A stretch of DNA of 63,810 nt, the filler included, from Octopus bimaculoides (lineage: Eukaryota), in NCBI RefSeq assembly GCF_001194135.2. It is 7 parts of 7 records of this genome, joined end to end, with 100 filler letters (N's around TTAATTAATTAA, not from the genome) between each part and the next. Parts side by side here need not be neighbours in the genome. Positions count along the whole stretch, not along the records: positions 1 to 8,838 come from NC_068992.1; positions 8,939 to 26,374 come from NC_068994.1; 5 more parts are not named here. One strand, written 5' to 3'. The notes below the pieces were generated by a model, which made no database searches, had not been told where the DNA came from, and saw only the letters and a program-made list of their open reading frames with translations. Every line of letters begins with the position of its first letter. Position 1 is the stretch's first letter. Positions 1-10,747 of the stretch are shown in pieces. A program made the position numbers and the translations under genes.

Positions 1-589
1 TTTATAGAACTCAGTAATAAAAATATAAAAACGACAATTTGTAAAGAAGTTAACTATGCATCATAACTAAACAGTTGCTCTATAAATGTCTCTTTTTCCC
101 ATGGAATTATTTCTTCTACAACAAATGTATTCACGCATTGTACGTTTTACACAGGTAAATTTACAATTACACCGTTGCAATGACAGGTGTGAAAATAATT
201 TAGCTTTTAGAAATCCTGAACGTAAAATTCCTTTGTTTAAGATTTAAAACTGCAATGTTTATATAGACTAAGAATAGACATGTATGACGTTTATCTGAGT
301 GGACACAAACACGCATATACACGCACACATATATACACATACATGCACCCATGTACACACGTACATACATACATACGTAAATACACACACTCGTATGTAT
401 ATGTGTGCATGTGTGTGTATTACTTGCTTAGGTGTGTATATGAAGAAAGGTACCTGTGTAGATACATGATCAAGTATGCAAATGTACACATAATTATGTA
501 TGTAACTTGAGTATACATATAGAAATAAATATCTACGTGTATACACACCTACACAAATGTATTGATAGATTGATATGCAGATATATATA

Positions 590-1639
590 CAGGGGTTGGA
601 CAAAATAATGGAAACACCTATCGTCATAGCATCATAAATTTGAAATATCTATAAAACCGTCAAAAGCTTATTTATTTTTGTTTTTTGATCTATTATTAGT
701 GTTGCTTAATATGTTTTGCAAAAATTGCTGTTTCTTTTCAGATATCATCAGAAAAAGGTAATTAAAATTCATTAAAATGAAAGATCAATCGGACTTTCAA
801 AGAGGTCAAATTGTTGGTGCTCGTAGGACAGGCGTTAGTGTAACGAAAACAGCCGAAATGTTTGGTGTATCAAGAAGTACTGTCTCGAAAGTAATGACAG
901 CCTTTAAGAAAGACGGAAAAACTTCCTCGTTGAAACAAAACTCCGGAAGAAAACCAAAACTTTCAGACAAGGACCGTTGGTCTCCTACCCGAATTGTTAG
1001 AAAGAGCACTGGAAGAATGTTATTTTCGCGGACAAGTCATCGTTTACCTTATTTCCGACCACCAGTCAAGTATACGCGTGGAGATAGCCAAAAGAAACAT
1101 TTGACCCAGACTGCCTTCTTCCAACTGTTAAACATGGAGGTGGATCTGTGATGGTCTGGCAGGCGATATCTTGGAAATCCGCCGGCCCAATGGTTTTCCT
1201 TCGTGGTAGAATTGATAGTCAAGAATATTTAAGCATTTTATCTGATCGAATTCATCCTATTGATGCGGAACTGTTTCCGGAGGGAAACGCAATCTTTCAG
1301 GATGATAATGCACCAATTCACACAGCTAAAGTTGTTAGTGAATGGCACGAGGAACATTCTAGTGAAGCTGAACATCTTATCAGGCCACCACAGTCCCCAG
1401 ATCTCAATATTATTGAACATTTATGGTGCATTTCAGAAATACAAGTAGGGAGACGATATATCCTCCCACCATCATCACTACAAGAACTGAAGACTGTTTT
1501 AGCTGAAGAATGGACAAAAATTCCTTTGGAATATCTCGTAGAATTCAAGCTGCAATTACTGTCAAAGGTAGTCCTACCCCATATTAAAATAAATTTGTTT
1601 GAAAGTTTAAAGTGTTTTCATTATTTTGTCCAACCACTG
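590..1639 (+). mobile_element. Tc1-like DNA transposon (DD36E spacing), internally deleted
   Basis: About 29-bp TIRs (left CAGGGGTTGGACAAAATAATGGAAACACC; right reverse complement CAGTGGTTGGACAAAATAATGAAAACACT). TA on both sides (588-589, 1640-1641). Transposase relic inside. Confidence 0.95.
777..1587 (+). pseudogene. Tc1 transposase pseudogene
   Basis: N-terminal HTH MKDQSDFQRGQIVGARRTGVSVTKTAEMFGVSRSTVSKVM. After a deletion/frameshift: WKNVIFADKSS, KHGGGSVMVW, FQDDNAPIH, SPDLNIIEHLW, and the KGSPTPY* end in another frame. Confidence 0.92.
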
Positions 1640-2635
1640 TATATGTGTNNNNNNNNNNNNNNNNNNNNNNNNNNNNNNNNNNNNNNNNNNNNNNNNNNNN
1701 NNNNNNNNNNNNNNNNNNNNNNNNNNNNNNNNNNNNNNNNNNNNNNNNNNNNNNNNNNNNNNNNNNNNNNNNNNNNNNNNNNNNNNNNNNNNNNNNNNNN
1801 NNNNNNNNNNNNNNNNNNNNNNNNNNNNNNNNNNNNNNNNNNNNNNNNNNNNNNNNNNNNNNNNNNNNNNNNNNNNNNNNNNNNNNNNNNNNNNNNNNNN
1901 NNNNNNNNNNNNNNNNNNNNNNNNNNNNNNNNNNNNNNNNNNNNNNNNNNNNNNNNNNNNNNNNNNNNNNNNNNNNNNNNNNNNNNNNNNNNNNNNNNNN
2001 NNNNNNNNNNNNNNNNNNNNNNNNNNNNNNNNNNNNNNNNNNNNNNNNNNNNNNNNNNNNNNNNNNNNNNNNNNNNNNNNNNNNNNNNNNNNNNNNNNNN
2101 NNNNNNNNNNNNNNNNNNNNNNNNNNNNNNNNNNNNNNNNNNNNNNNNNNNNNNNNNNNNNNNNNNNNNNNNNNNNNNNNNNNNNNNNNNNNNNNNNNNN
2201 NNNNNNNNNNNNNNNNNNNNNNNNNNNNNNNNNNNNNNNNNNNNNNNNNNNNNNNNNNNNNNNNNNNNNNNNNNNNNNNNNNNNNNNNNNNNTATATATA
2301 TATATATATATATATATGAGGAACATGTGCAATCATACAATCATACAGGGCATAAACGTGCAGTTCTATTTAAAGAGGCAATAGATATAATTAATCACGT
2401 GCACATTAATTAATTCTGTTCCGTTGAATGAATATGTGAACATTAGCGCCGTAGCTGTATTGTATACATCATCTGATATTTCAGCATTTTTTAGCGTAAG
2501 CCAAAGAAATAAACAATTAGCTGTAAATGTGATTAATTTAGATAATTACATTGGCCACTCAGCAATCATCTATAAAGTTTCTTCAACCTATTGGTTATAA
2601 TAGACAAAGAGCCTTAATACGCCTAAATAGTTGGC

Positions 2636-2855
2636 AAAACTCCTTCAAACACTGAAATAGTAGACCAAACTCCCTGAGACACTTAGAGTAGAAAAAACAT
2701 GGTCAAACACTTAAATATTACACAAAACTCCTTCAAACACTTAAATGATACACAAAATTCCCTCAAACATTCAAATAGTAAACAAAACTCCCACAAACAC
2801 TTAAACAGTTAACACAGATTCCTCAAACACTTAAAAAGTTGATCTCTCTGAACAC
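2636..2855. repeat. Degenerate ~30-bp minisatellite, about 7 copies (consensus like AAAACTCCTTCAAACACTTAAATAGTACAC)
   Basis: CAAACAC(T)TAAA and AAAACTCC recur at about 30-bp spacing. Confidence 0.85.
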
Positions 2856-3269
2856 TGAATGCCCGGAATCTCTTGTAATCCACAGTAATTTAAGAATATG
2901 AACTTCAAATTCCCACGGCCACCAAGTTATTTTTCTGAGCAGCCCTTTTTCGCTGTACTTTGCACAATGCATTATTAATAAACCTGCATCATTTATACTC
3001 CCCGTACAAGTACCTGCATCTCATGTATTTCATTAACTTATCGAAGTAAATTTAATCAATATTTACTTAACTTAGAGATGAGCACGCTTGGCTCTGAAAA
3101 ATCATTTATCCAGGAAGTTTTGAAACAAAGGTTCCTCAAAAGGCATGTTACACTTGTATTAAAATTATGGTTTTGCCAGTGAAGTTATTTATTTGTTTGT
3201 TGTTGTTGTGGGTTCTTTTGTGGGCGGGGGTCTGATATAGATGTAATAATCCATTTTTCTACTATTACC

Positions 3270-3318
3270 GTCTCCGATGAAGGGATACATTGGATTTTCC
3301 CTGAAACAGCTGTAAGAC
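3270..3318 (+). ncRNA. Minimal type I hammerhead ribozyme motif (Penelope-type), U4C core variant
   Basis: GTCT-CCGATGA-AGGGA(loop)TCCCT-GAAACAGCTGTA/AGAC. Stem I GTCT:AGAC, stem II AGGGA:TCCCT, palindromic stem III ACAGCTGT, GUA cleavage site after 3314. Confidence 0.8.
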
Positions 3319-3727
3319 TTTATCCATAAAATATAATTCTAACTTTGCCATTGGTCTCTTTATCCTTTTCTTTCTTTATACATACATGCATATNNNNNNN
3401 NNNNNNNNNNNNNNNNNNNNNNNNNNNNNNNNNNNNNNNNNNNNNNNNNNNNNNNNNNNNNNNNNNNNNNNNNNNNNNNNNNNNNNNNNNNNNNNNNNNN
3501 NNNNNNNNNNNNNNNNNNNNNNNNNNNNNNNNNNNNNNNNNNNNNNNNNNNNNNNNNNNNNNNNNNNNNNNNNNNNNNNNNNNNNNNNNNNNNNNNNNNN
3601 NNNNNNNNNNNNNNNNNNNNNNNNNNNNNNNNNNNNNNNNNNNNNNNNNNNNNNNNNNNNNNNNNNNNNNNNNNNNNNNNNNNNNNNNNNNNNNNNNNNN
3701 NNNNNNNNNNNNNNNNNNNNNNNNNNN

Positions 3728-3957
3728 GTAGCACTGCCAGGCGAGGGATCTCTGGAAGTTGTCCATAGGTCTCGGCCCCAAAGTCGTCTTGAACAGGCGG
3801 GTCAGGTTTTCCTCGTCGACGCCCAGGTTCGCCCCGAGGTCGTCGTCGTACCTCCCTTCCACTAATGCCCTATAGAATGCGTTTGTTGTGATGCAGTCGC
3901 TCAAGGTCGACCCGGGACAGCAGAGTTCCTGGAGAGCAACGCGACACTCGCGGTGCC

Positions 3958-3958
<1 letters not shown>
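3728..3958 (-). mobile_element. Non-LTR retrotransposon ORF2 fragment, probably L1/Tx1 clade (C-terminal region)
   Basis: GC-rich open frame WHRECRVALQELCC...NFQRSLAWQCY running into a gap. Its 5' end abuts a (TATC)n array. Clade call is from recalled resemblance to the zf-RVT region. Confidence 0.55.
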
Positions 3959-4031
<73 letters not shown>

Positions 4032-4155
4032 GCAGACAGACAGAGAGACAGACAGACAGACAGACAGACAGGCAGACAGGCAGACAGGCAGACAGACAGG
4101 CAGTCAGGCATACAGACAGACAGGCAAGCAGACAGACAGACAGACAGACAGACAA

Positions 4156-4186
<31 letters not shown>

Positions 4187-4215
4187 GATAGACAGACAGA
4201 TAGACAGACAGGCGT
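3959..4215. repeat. Compound (GATA)n/(GACA)n microsatellite
   Basis: Read directly from the sequence. Confidence 0.97.
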
Positions 4216-4460
4216 CTATGTGGGTATTCATCAGAAATAGGGATAAAATTGCACAGATTTACGATAATGCAGTTAAACAATTTGTTTGCAAATAAAACAC
4301 GAATAATCTCAAGAAATTTGTGATTGTCGGTAAACAGTAAATAATCTTTAAGTGGAATAAATTATTTTGATGTGAGCTAAAAGAGAAAAATCTCACGTTT
4401 CTCGTTGGGCCCTTTGTTTCTTTGTCTAGAAATCACATTATGAGACGTGCGTTATACACT

Positions 4461-4517
<57 letters not shown>

Positions 4518-5227
4518 CAGACAGATACGTGCATGCATACATACCAGCATATATTTATGCATATGCACACATAGACACACGCGATCACATGTATATCTAT
4601 ATCTATTTTCTCTACTTTTTCTTTCTCNNNNNNNNNNNNNNNNNNNNNNNNNNNNNNNNNNNNNNNNNNNNNNNNNNNNNNNNNNNNNNNNNNNNNNNNN
4701 NNNNNNNNNNNNNNNNNNNNNNNNNNNNNNNNNNNNNNNNNNNNNNNNNNNNNNNNNNNNNNNNNNNNNNNNNNNNNNNNNNNNNNNNNNNNNNNNNNNN
4801 NNNNNNNNNNNNNNNNNNNNNNNNNNNNNNNNNNNNNNNNNNNNNNNNNNNNNNNNNNNNNNNNNNNNNNNNNNNNNNNNNNNNNNNNNNNNNNNNNNNN
4901 NNNNNNNNNNNNNNNNNNNNNNNNNNNNNNNNNNNNNNNNNNNNNNNNNNNNNNNNNNNNNNNNNNNNNNNNNNNNNNNNNNNNNNNNNNNNNNNNNNNN
5001 NNNNNNNNNNNNNNNNNNNNNNNNNNNNNNNNNNNNNNNNNNNNNNNNNNNNNNNNNNNNNNNNNNNNNNNNNNNNNNNNNNNNNNNNNNNNNNNNNNNN
5101 NNNNNNNNNNNNNNNNNNNNNNNNNNNNNNNNNNNNNNNNNNNNNNNNNNNNNNNNNNNNNNNNNNNNNNNNNNNNNNNNNNNNNNNNNNNNNNNNNNNN
5201 NNNNNNNNAATACATATATATATATAC

Positions 5228-5309
<82 letters not shown>

Positions 5310-5450
5310 AGATATATTGAGATACTGAGACCAAACAGAAGAAATGAAGAAACTGGGAAACAATGAAAAACATGGAAAATGGAGGCATCGATAAGAGTGC
5401 AAGAATAGAGGGATAGGGAGAAAGGGAGAAGGAGAAGGAGGAAGAGGAAG

Positions 5451-5491
5451 ATGGCGACCAAGAGGATGAGGAGAAACAGAGGGAGTATGAA
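5451..5491 (+). CDS. Possible short first coding exon (MATKRMRRNRGSM-) or end of an acidic exon
   Basis: gaagATGGCG start context after a purine-rich leader, then a consensus donor GTAAGT at 5492. No homology recognised. Confidence 0.25.
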
Positions 5492-5711
5492 GTAAGTAAA
5501 TTATATTTACTTTATTTGTTGTAGTTTATTTTTTTATCGTTTGAAATGGCTAGGGAAAATATGTCTGGTATGCAATTTCAATAAGATAGCTCAAAATAAC
5601 ATTAAAAAACAAAGGAAGTTTGAGGAAAAAAATACATCAACAAAAATAGCAAAGACAAAATAGAACACATTTCACTGGTCGCCATTCTAGTTTCAAGTAT
5701 TCTGACACCAA

Positions 5712-5768
5712 GATAAGTCACGTGTCATCACACTGAGCTGTCAGCGCCACCTAGGTATTTAAAGGAGC
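5712..5768 (+). promoter_or_regulatory. Cluster of TF-like motifs: GATA, E-box GTCACGTG, CTCF-like CAGCGCCACCTAGG, TATA-like TATTTAAAG
   Basis: Motif matches within about 60 bp; function untested. Confidence 0.3.
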
Positions 5769-6701
5769 TATGAGTAATGAAATATAAAAGTAGAAAAGAT
5801 AAGACATTTGAAGTTGTTAACACGGGAAGCCCTATTCAGTTGATAGATTGATTGATTGATTGATCAACATTGCAGATGGTAATAGCTAATACTATAATAC
5901 ATCCAGCGAGGAAGCTTCTAAGAAAGTGTTCAACACGCTAGAAAAAGCAACTAACGTTTTCTTCATACTATACTCTGAGTGTCCAGCAAGTAGGCCTCAG
6001 AACGGGAGCTAAACTTGCAAACATAAGCAAACAAAATCGCCCTAAAAAAAACACCATGCAGGTCCGACAAGGAAGTTTATTGTGTAATCGTTCGACTTGT
6101 TAGTTAAAGTAGTTAGAATTTCCTTGAAATTACACCCGTTCGGTCCAACTAAGAAGCTTATACGCAGTAATTCGACTTTCCAGAAAAAAACAGACAAAAA
6201 TTTAATTCTGCTTTTTGGCTGTTACTGATATATTTTTTTGTTAGTTAACTAAATAAATCTACAAGACAAATACTGCAGTTAATTTGGCTTTTTGCAATGT
6301 ATTTGCGTTAATTATGAAACACACGGCTATTTTAATTTAATACTACTTCTGGTGCTAATAATGCATACACACATACACGCGCACATACGCATACACACAT
6401 ACAATTGTGCGTGTGTGTGTGTACATGATGTGAACGTGTATTTGTTGGTATGCAATGTGTGTGTTCGTACAACCATGTGTGAGTATGTTTCACTTCTTTT
6501 ATTTGTATGTATGTATATATATTTCATTTGCCGGTTTCATTCTTTCGACTGCGACCACGCTGGGGCATTACCTTCAAAAAACTTTATCAAATCGACCTCA
6601 TTATTTATTTACGCCTAGTATGTATTCTCTCAATCGCTTTCTGGACAAAACCCAAAGCTAGAGTGACGCAGACAAATCTACAACGGTTGTCAAATGCTAA
6701 G

Positions 6702-6735
<34 letters not shown>

Positions 6736-6989
6736 GAGGCTTTGTTGTATTAAAAAAATCATATATAAACGATTATATATGTTCGTTCGTTGGAGCGACC
6801 AGGACTGTCTAATCATCTTTACAGATTACTAATGACTTGCGTAATGGCTTTGTTTAAAATGAAAACAAGTGTTGTACACTGTCCACCTCATTCTCTCGTC
6901 CGTGAACATATTCAATGCAGTGGCAAGATTTCGGCCACCTTATCTGGACCCAACTGAACATCAAAAGAAGTTACATCTAGTGCGAGATA

Positions 6990-7140
6990 GCCTTGAATCA
7001 ATATTCAGCAGGTACTGATTTTCAACTGAGCAGACTGAAGCAAAGTCAAATGAAGAGACTTGCTCAAGAGCAGAGCACTCTATTCGGTCCGGGAATCGAA
7101 CCCACAACATTATGATCGTGAGACCAACACCCTCCACGCT
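6990..7140 (-). mobile_element. tRNA-derived SINE 5' part
   Basis: Minus strand has B-box-like GGGTTCGATTCCCGG followed by a TCTTGAGCAAG...TTCAGTCTGCTCAGTTGAAA core. Confidence 0.7.
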
Positions 7141-7145
7141 TGATA

Positions 7146-7202
<57 letters not shown>

Positions 7203-7229
7203 TACATACGTACATACATACATACATAC

Positions 7230-7352
7230 TGCGGCCATGCTGAAGCATTTAGTCGAACAAATCGACCCCATGACTTATTCTTTGTAAGCCTAATACTTAT
7301 TCTATCGTTCTGTTTTGCCGAACCGCTGGATTACGAGGACGTAAACACACCA
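7230..7352 (-). mobile_element. SINE family A, 3' part (CpG-intact copy)
   Basis: Matches the 34696-35092 copy (GCGGCCATGCTG...TCGACCCC...TTTTGCCGAACCGCT...GACGTAAACACACC). Confidence 0.9.
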
Positions 7353-8089
7353 NNNNNNNNNNNNNNNNNNNNNNNNNNNNNNNNNNNNNNNNNNNNNNNN
7401 NNNNNNNNNNNNNNNNNNNNNNNNNNNNNNNNNNNNNNNNNNNNNNNNNNNNNNNNNNNNNNNNNNNNNNNNNNNNNNNNNNNNNNNNNNNNNNNNNNNN
7501 NNNNNNNNNNNNNNNNNNNNNNNNNNNNNNNNNNNNNNNNNNNNNNNNNNNNNNNNNNNNNNNNNNNNNNNNNNNNNNNNNNNNNNNNNNNNNNNNNNNN
7601 NNNNNNNNNNNNNNNNNNNNNNNNNNNNNNNNNNNNNNNNNNNNNNNNNNNNNNNNNNNNNNNNNNNNNNNNNNNNNNNNNNNNNNNNNNNNNNNNNNNN
7701 NNNNNNNNNNNNNNNNNNNNNNNNNNNNNNNNNNNNNNNNNNNNNNNNNNNNNNNNNNNNNNNNNNNNNNNNNNNNNNNNNNNNNNNNNNNNNNNNNNNN
7801 NNNNNNNNNNNNNNNNNNNNNNNNNNNNNNNNNNNNNNNNNNNNNNNNNNNNNNNNNNNNNNNNNNNNNNNNNNNNNNNNNNNNNNNNNNNNNNNNNNNN
7901 NNNNNNNNNNNNNNNNNNNNNNNNNNNNNNNNNNNNNNNNNNNNNNNNNNNNNNNNNNNNNNNNNNNNNNNNNNNNNNNNNNNNNNNNNNNNNNNNNNNA
8001 TAACAATTACAGCGTGGAAGGTGTTTATAAGCCATTTAAAATAACACACAAAAACCGTCAGGTTCACTTCAACATTTAAATTTAATTTG

Positions 8090-8132
8090 TCAAAATATTT
8101 TCGTCGCTTTGAGACCGCGACCGGTTCACTGA
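8090..8132 (-). ncRNA. Candidate minimal hammerhead variant with swapped G3:C8 core
   Basis: Minus strand TCA-GTGAACC-G-GTCGC(GGTCTCAAA)GCGAC-GAAAATATTT/TGA. Stem I TCA:TGA, perfect 5-bp stem II, GAAA, palindrome AATATT. Position 9 is C rather than A. Confidence 0.45.
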
Positions 8133-8545
8133 TATATACACAGACACACACAGAGATATGTATGTGAATGTGTCTGTGTGTGTGTGTGTTAGATGGATAG
8201 ATAGATAGACAGAGAGAGAAAAAGAGAGAGATGGAGAGAGAGATAAGGTACCATTTATTTGGATACAGGGAGAGACAGAGGGAGAGAGATTATAAGAACG
8301 TGACTCACATGCAGAAACATTATACGTACATAGACAAAAATGCATGTACAGTAAAGTACAACTAGTAACATTCTGTGTCAACAAACAGAAGTGAAAATCA
8401 CCTCAAGCACTTCGATAATGTTTTCTAGTAGTGAGGAAGTAGAGAAGTCAAAAGTTTCACACGAAACCCATACCAGAGAAAACGGATGACGGAAAGAAGG
8501 GTGAAAGAGAAGGATGTCAAGTGGTTTGTGTACGTATGTGTGTAC

Positions 8546-8591
<46 letters not shown>

Positions 8592-8838
8592 ATATTGATT
8601 TTGATATTGACATATTAGTGTGGCTTCCTATTATGTGCTGTTGAGTCTAGTCCAACGGCGCGACAACTTGGGTAAGTGCCTTCTTCTAGGTGGTGCCCCA
8701 GAATGGCTGCAGTCTAATGACTGAAACTAGTAAAAGATAAAGATCGTTTTTTCAGCCATTAGACTGCGGTCATGCTAGAGTGCTGCCTCGAAGAATTTTT
8801 AGTCAAATGAATCGAGCCCAGAACTTTTTTGAATTTGC

Positions 8839-8938
8839 NNNNNNNNNNNNNNNNNNNNNNNNNNNNNNNNNNNNNNNNNNNNTTAATTAATTAANNNNNN
8901 NNNNNNNNNNNNNNNNNNNNNNNNNNNNNNNNNNNNNN
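8839..8938. other. Artificial 100-bp scaffold linker (44N-TTAATTAATTAA-44N)
   Basis: Identical structure occurs six times; the 12-mer gives stops in all six frames. Confidence 0.95.
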
Positions 8939-10298
8939 ACTACATTCTTCCATGGCACAGGTTCAATTTGTGTATACAAATTTAATTTGCGGTCCATGGG
9001 AAGAGCCGTTTTAACGATGCGTCCTACCCAGCTCTTCGAAACGCCGGTGTTAAAACGGGGGTAGCTGATAAAGGAAAATGTTCTCTATGTGGCTTGTGTG
9101 TTTTCTGTACTCTGATTATCATTATTTTCTTGTCTACGTTTTGTTTGCAATGTCCTGTACCCAGATATGCACCTATGCATACAGGTGGATGTAGGTATGC
9201 ACATACCTGTACGTATATATGCATATACTCATTTACTATTTGTTTTTACATGACCGAACGCCAGCGTCACCAATTTTGTAAGTAGTTATCTCAATTTTAT
9301 ATTTTCTGACGCTACTCTATCACTTTCTCTATCATTTTCCCCCCTCTCGTTCTTCCTCTGTTTACTACTACGTATCTCTCTTTACCCCTCTCGTTCTTCC
9401 TCTGTTACTACTACGTATCCCTCCCCCCTCGCACTTCCTCTCTTCCTCTTTTCCTCTCGTTGCTCACCTATTCTTCTACTTTCTCCCTTTGTTTCTCCCT
9501 CTACCACTCTCTCTCTCTCCCCCCCTTACACCGNNNNNNNNNNNNNNNNNNNNNNNNNNNNNNNNNNNNNNNNNNNNNNNNNNNNNNNNNNNNNNNNNNN
9601 NNNNNNNNNNNNNNNNNNNNNNNNNNNNNNNNNNNNNNNNNNNNNNNNNNNNNNNNNNNNNNNNNNNNNNNNNNNNNNNNNNNNNNNNNNNNNNNNNNNN
9701 NNNNNNNNNNNNNNNNNNNNNNNNNNNNNNNNNNNNNNNNNNNNNNNNNNNNNNNNNNNNNNNNNNNNNNNNNNNNNNNNNNNNNNNNNNNNNNNNNNNN
9801 NNNNNNNNNNNNNNNNNNNNNNNNNNNNNNNNNNNNNNNNNNNNNNNNNNNNNNNNNNNNNNNNNNNNNNNNNNNNNNNNNNNNNNNNNNNNNNNNNNNN
9901 NNNNNNNNNNNNNNNNNNNNNNNNNNNNNNNNNNNNNNNNNNNNNNNNNNNNNNNNNNNNNNNNNNNNNNNNNNNNNNNNNNNNNNNNNNNNNNNNNNNN
10001 NNNNNNNNNNNNNNNNNNNNNNNNNNNNNNNNNNNNNTTTGTTTATATATATATATATATAATTTAATAATAAGGGTAGAAATTGATATTAATCAATTAA
10101 AACCAGTGGTCCAGCATATTAAAAAAAATCCGAAGATTAAAATTATATTACATACACAAATAAGAGGAATGACCAGCAAAAGTGGACTCCTATATGTTAG
10201 AAATAGATGCCGAATCATCTAACCACGAAGAATATGTTCTCAGTAAAATTTCAGCGAGACGACAGACTGTAAAAGGACAAGACAAATGAAAAAATACT

Positions 10299-10466
10299 AA
10301 ATAAAAAAAACGATTAACCTACGTACCAATGGTTTCACCTGTTAATATTTACATAAGTAAATATCTGCAGGATCATCAGCGCTGTCTGTCGATTTATAAA
10401 ATATTTACTTATGTAAGTATTAACAGGTGAAACCATTGGTACGTAGTTTAATCGTTATTTTTATTT
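10299..10466. repeat. Inverted repeat, about 66-bp arms (10299-10364, 10401-10466), 36-bp spacer
   Basis: Arms match apart from about 3 substitutions. Confidence 0.93.
10319..10384 (-). ncRNA. Type I hammerhead ribozyme motif
   Basis: Minus strand CAGCG-CTGATGA-TCCTG..ATATTTAC TTAT GTAAATAT..CAGGT-GAAACCATTGGTA/CGTAG. Canonical core, extended stem II, stem III ACC:GGT, GUA triplet. Confidence 0.8.
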
Positions 10467-10599
10467 ATTATTTTTTCATTTGTCTTGCCCTTTTACAGTC
10501 TATGTACTCTGAAAGTACGGCAGGCAGAGTAAGAACGGGTCGGGGAAAAGTCAAGGAATTACTACTACTGTACCAACAGAGGCCTTTTCCCTCAGAGTG

Positions 10600-10745
10600 A
10601 AAGCAGATTGCTTGTGTTAGAACTGCAATGCTGCATAGTTGTGACACACGGGCCTTAAAAACAAAAGGTCTGCTAAGACTGGAAAGAAATGCAGCTAACA
10701 TGCTCAGCTGGATATGCAACGTAGGTGCGCAAGAAAATTCAGATG
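10600..10745 (+). mobile_element. RTE-clade LINE C-terminal fragment
   Basis: MLHSCDTRALKTKGLLRLERNAANMLSWICNV resembles the RTE post-RT motif (ML.GSETW...RLER.E..MLRW.C.V). Confidence 0.75.
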
Positions 10746-10747
10746 TA

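Noticed and set aside
2636-2855. Regularly spaced ~30-bp repeats as a possible CRISPR array
   Set aside because: Units are contiguous degenerate tandem copies with no unique spacers; the context is eukaryotic with no cas genes.
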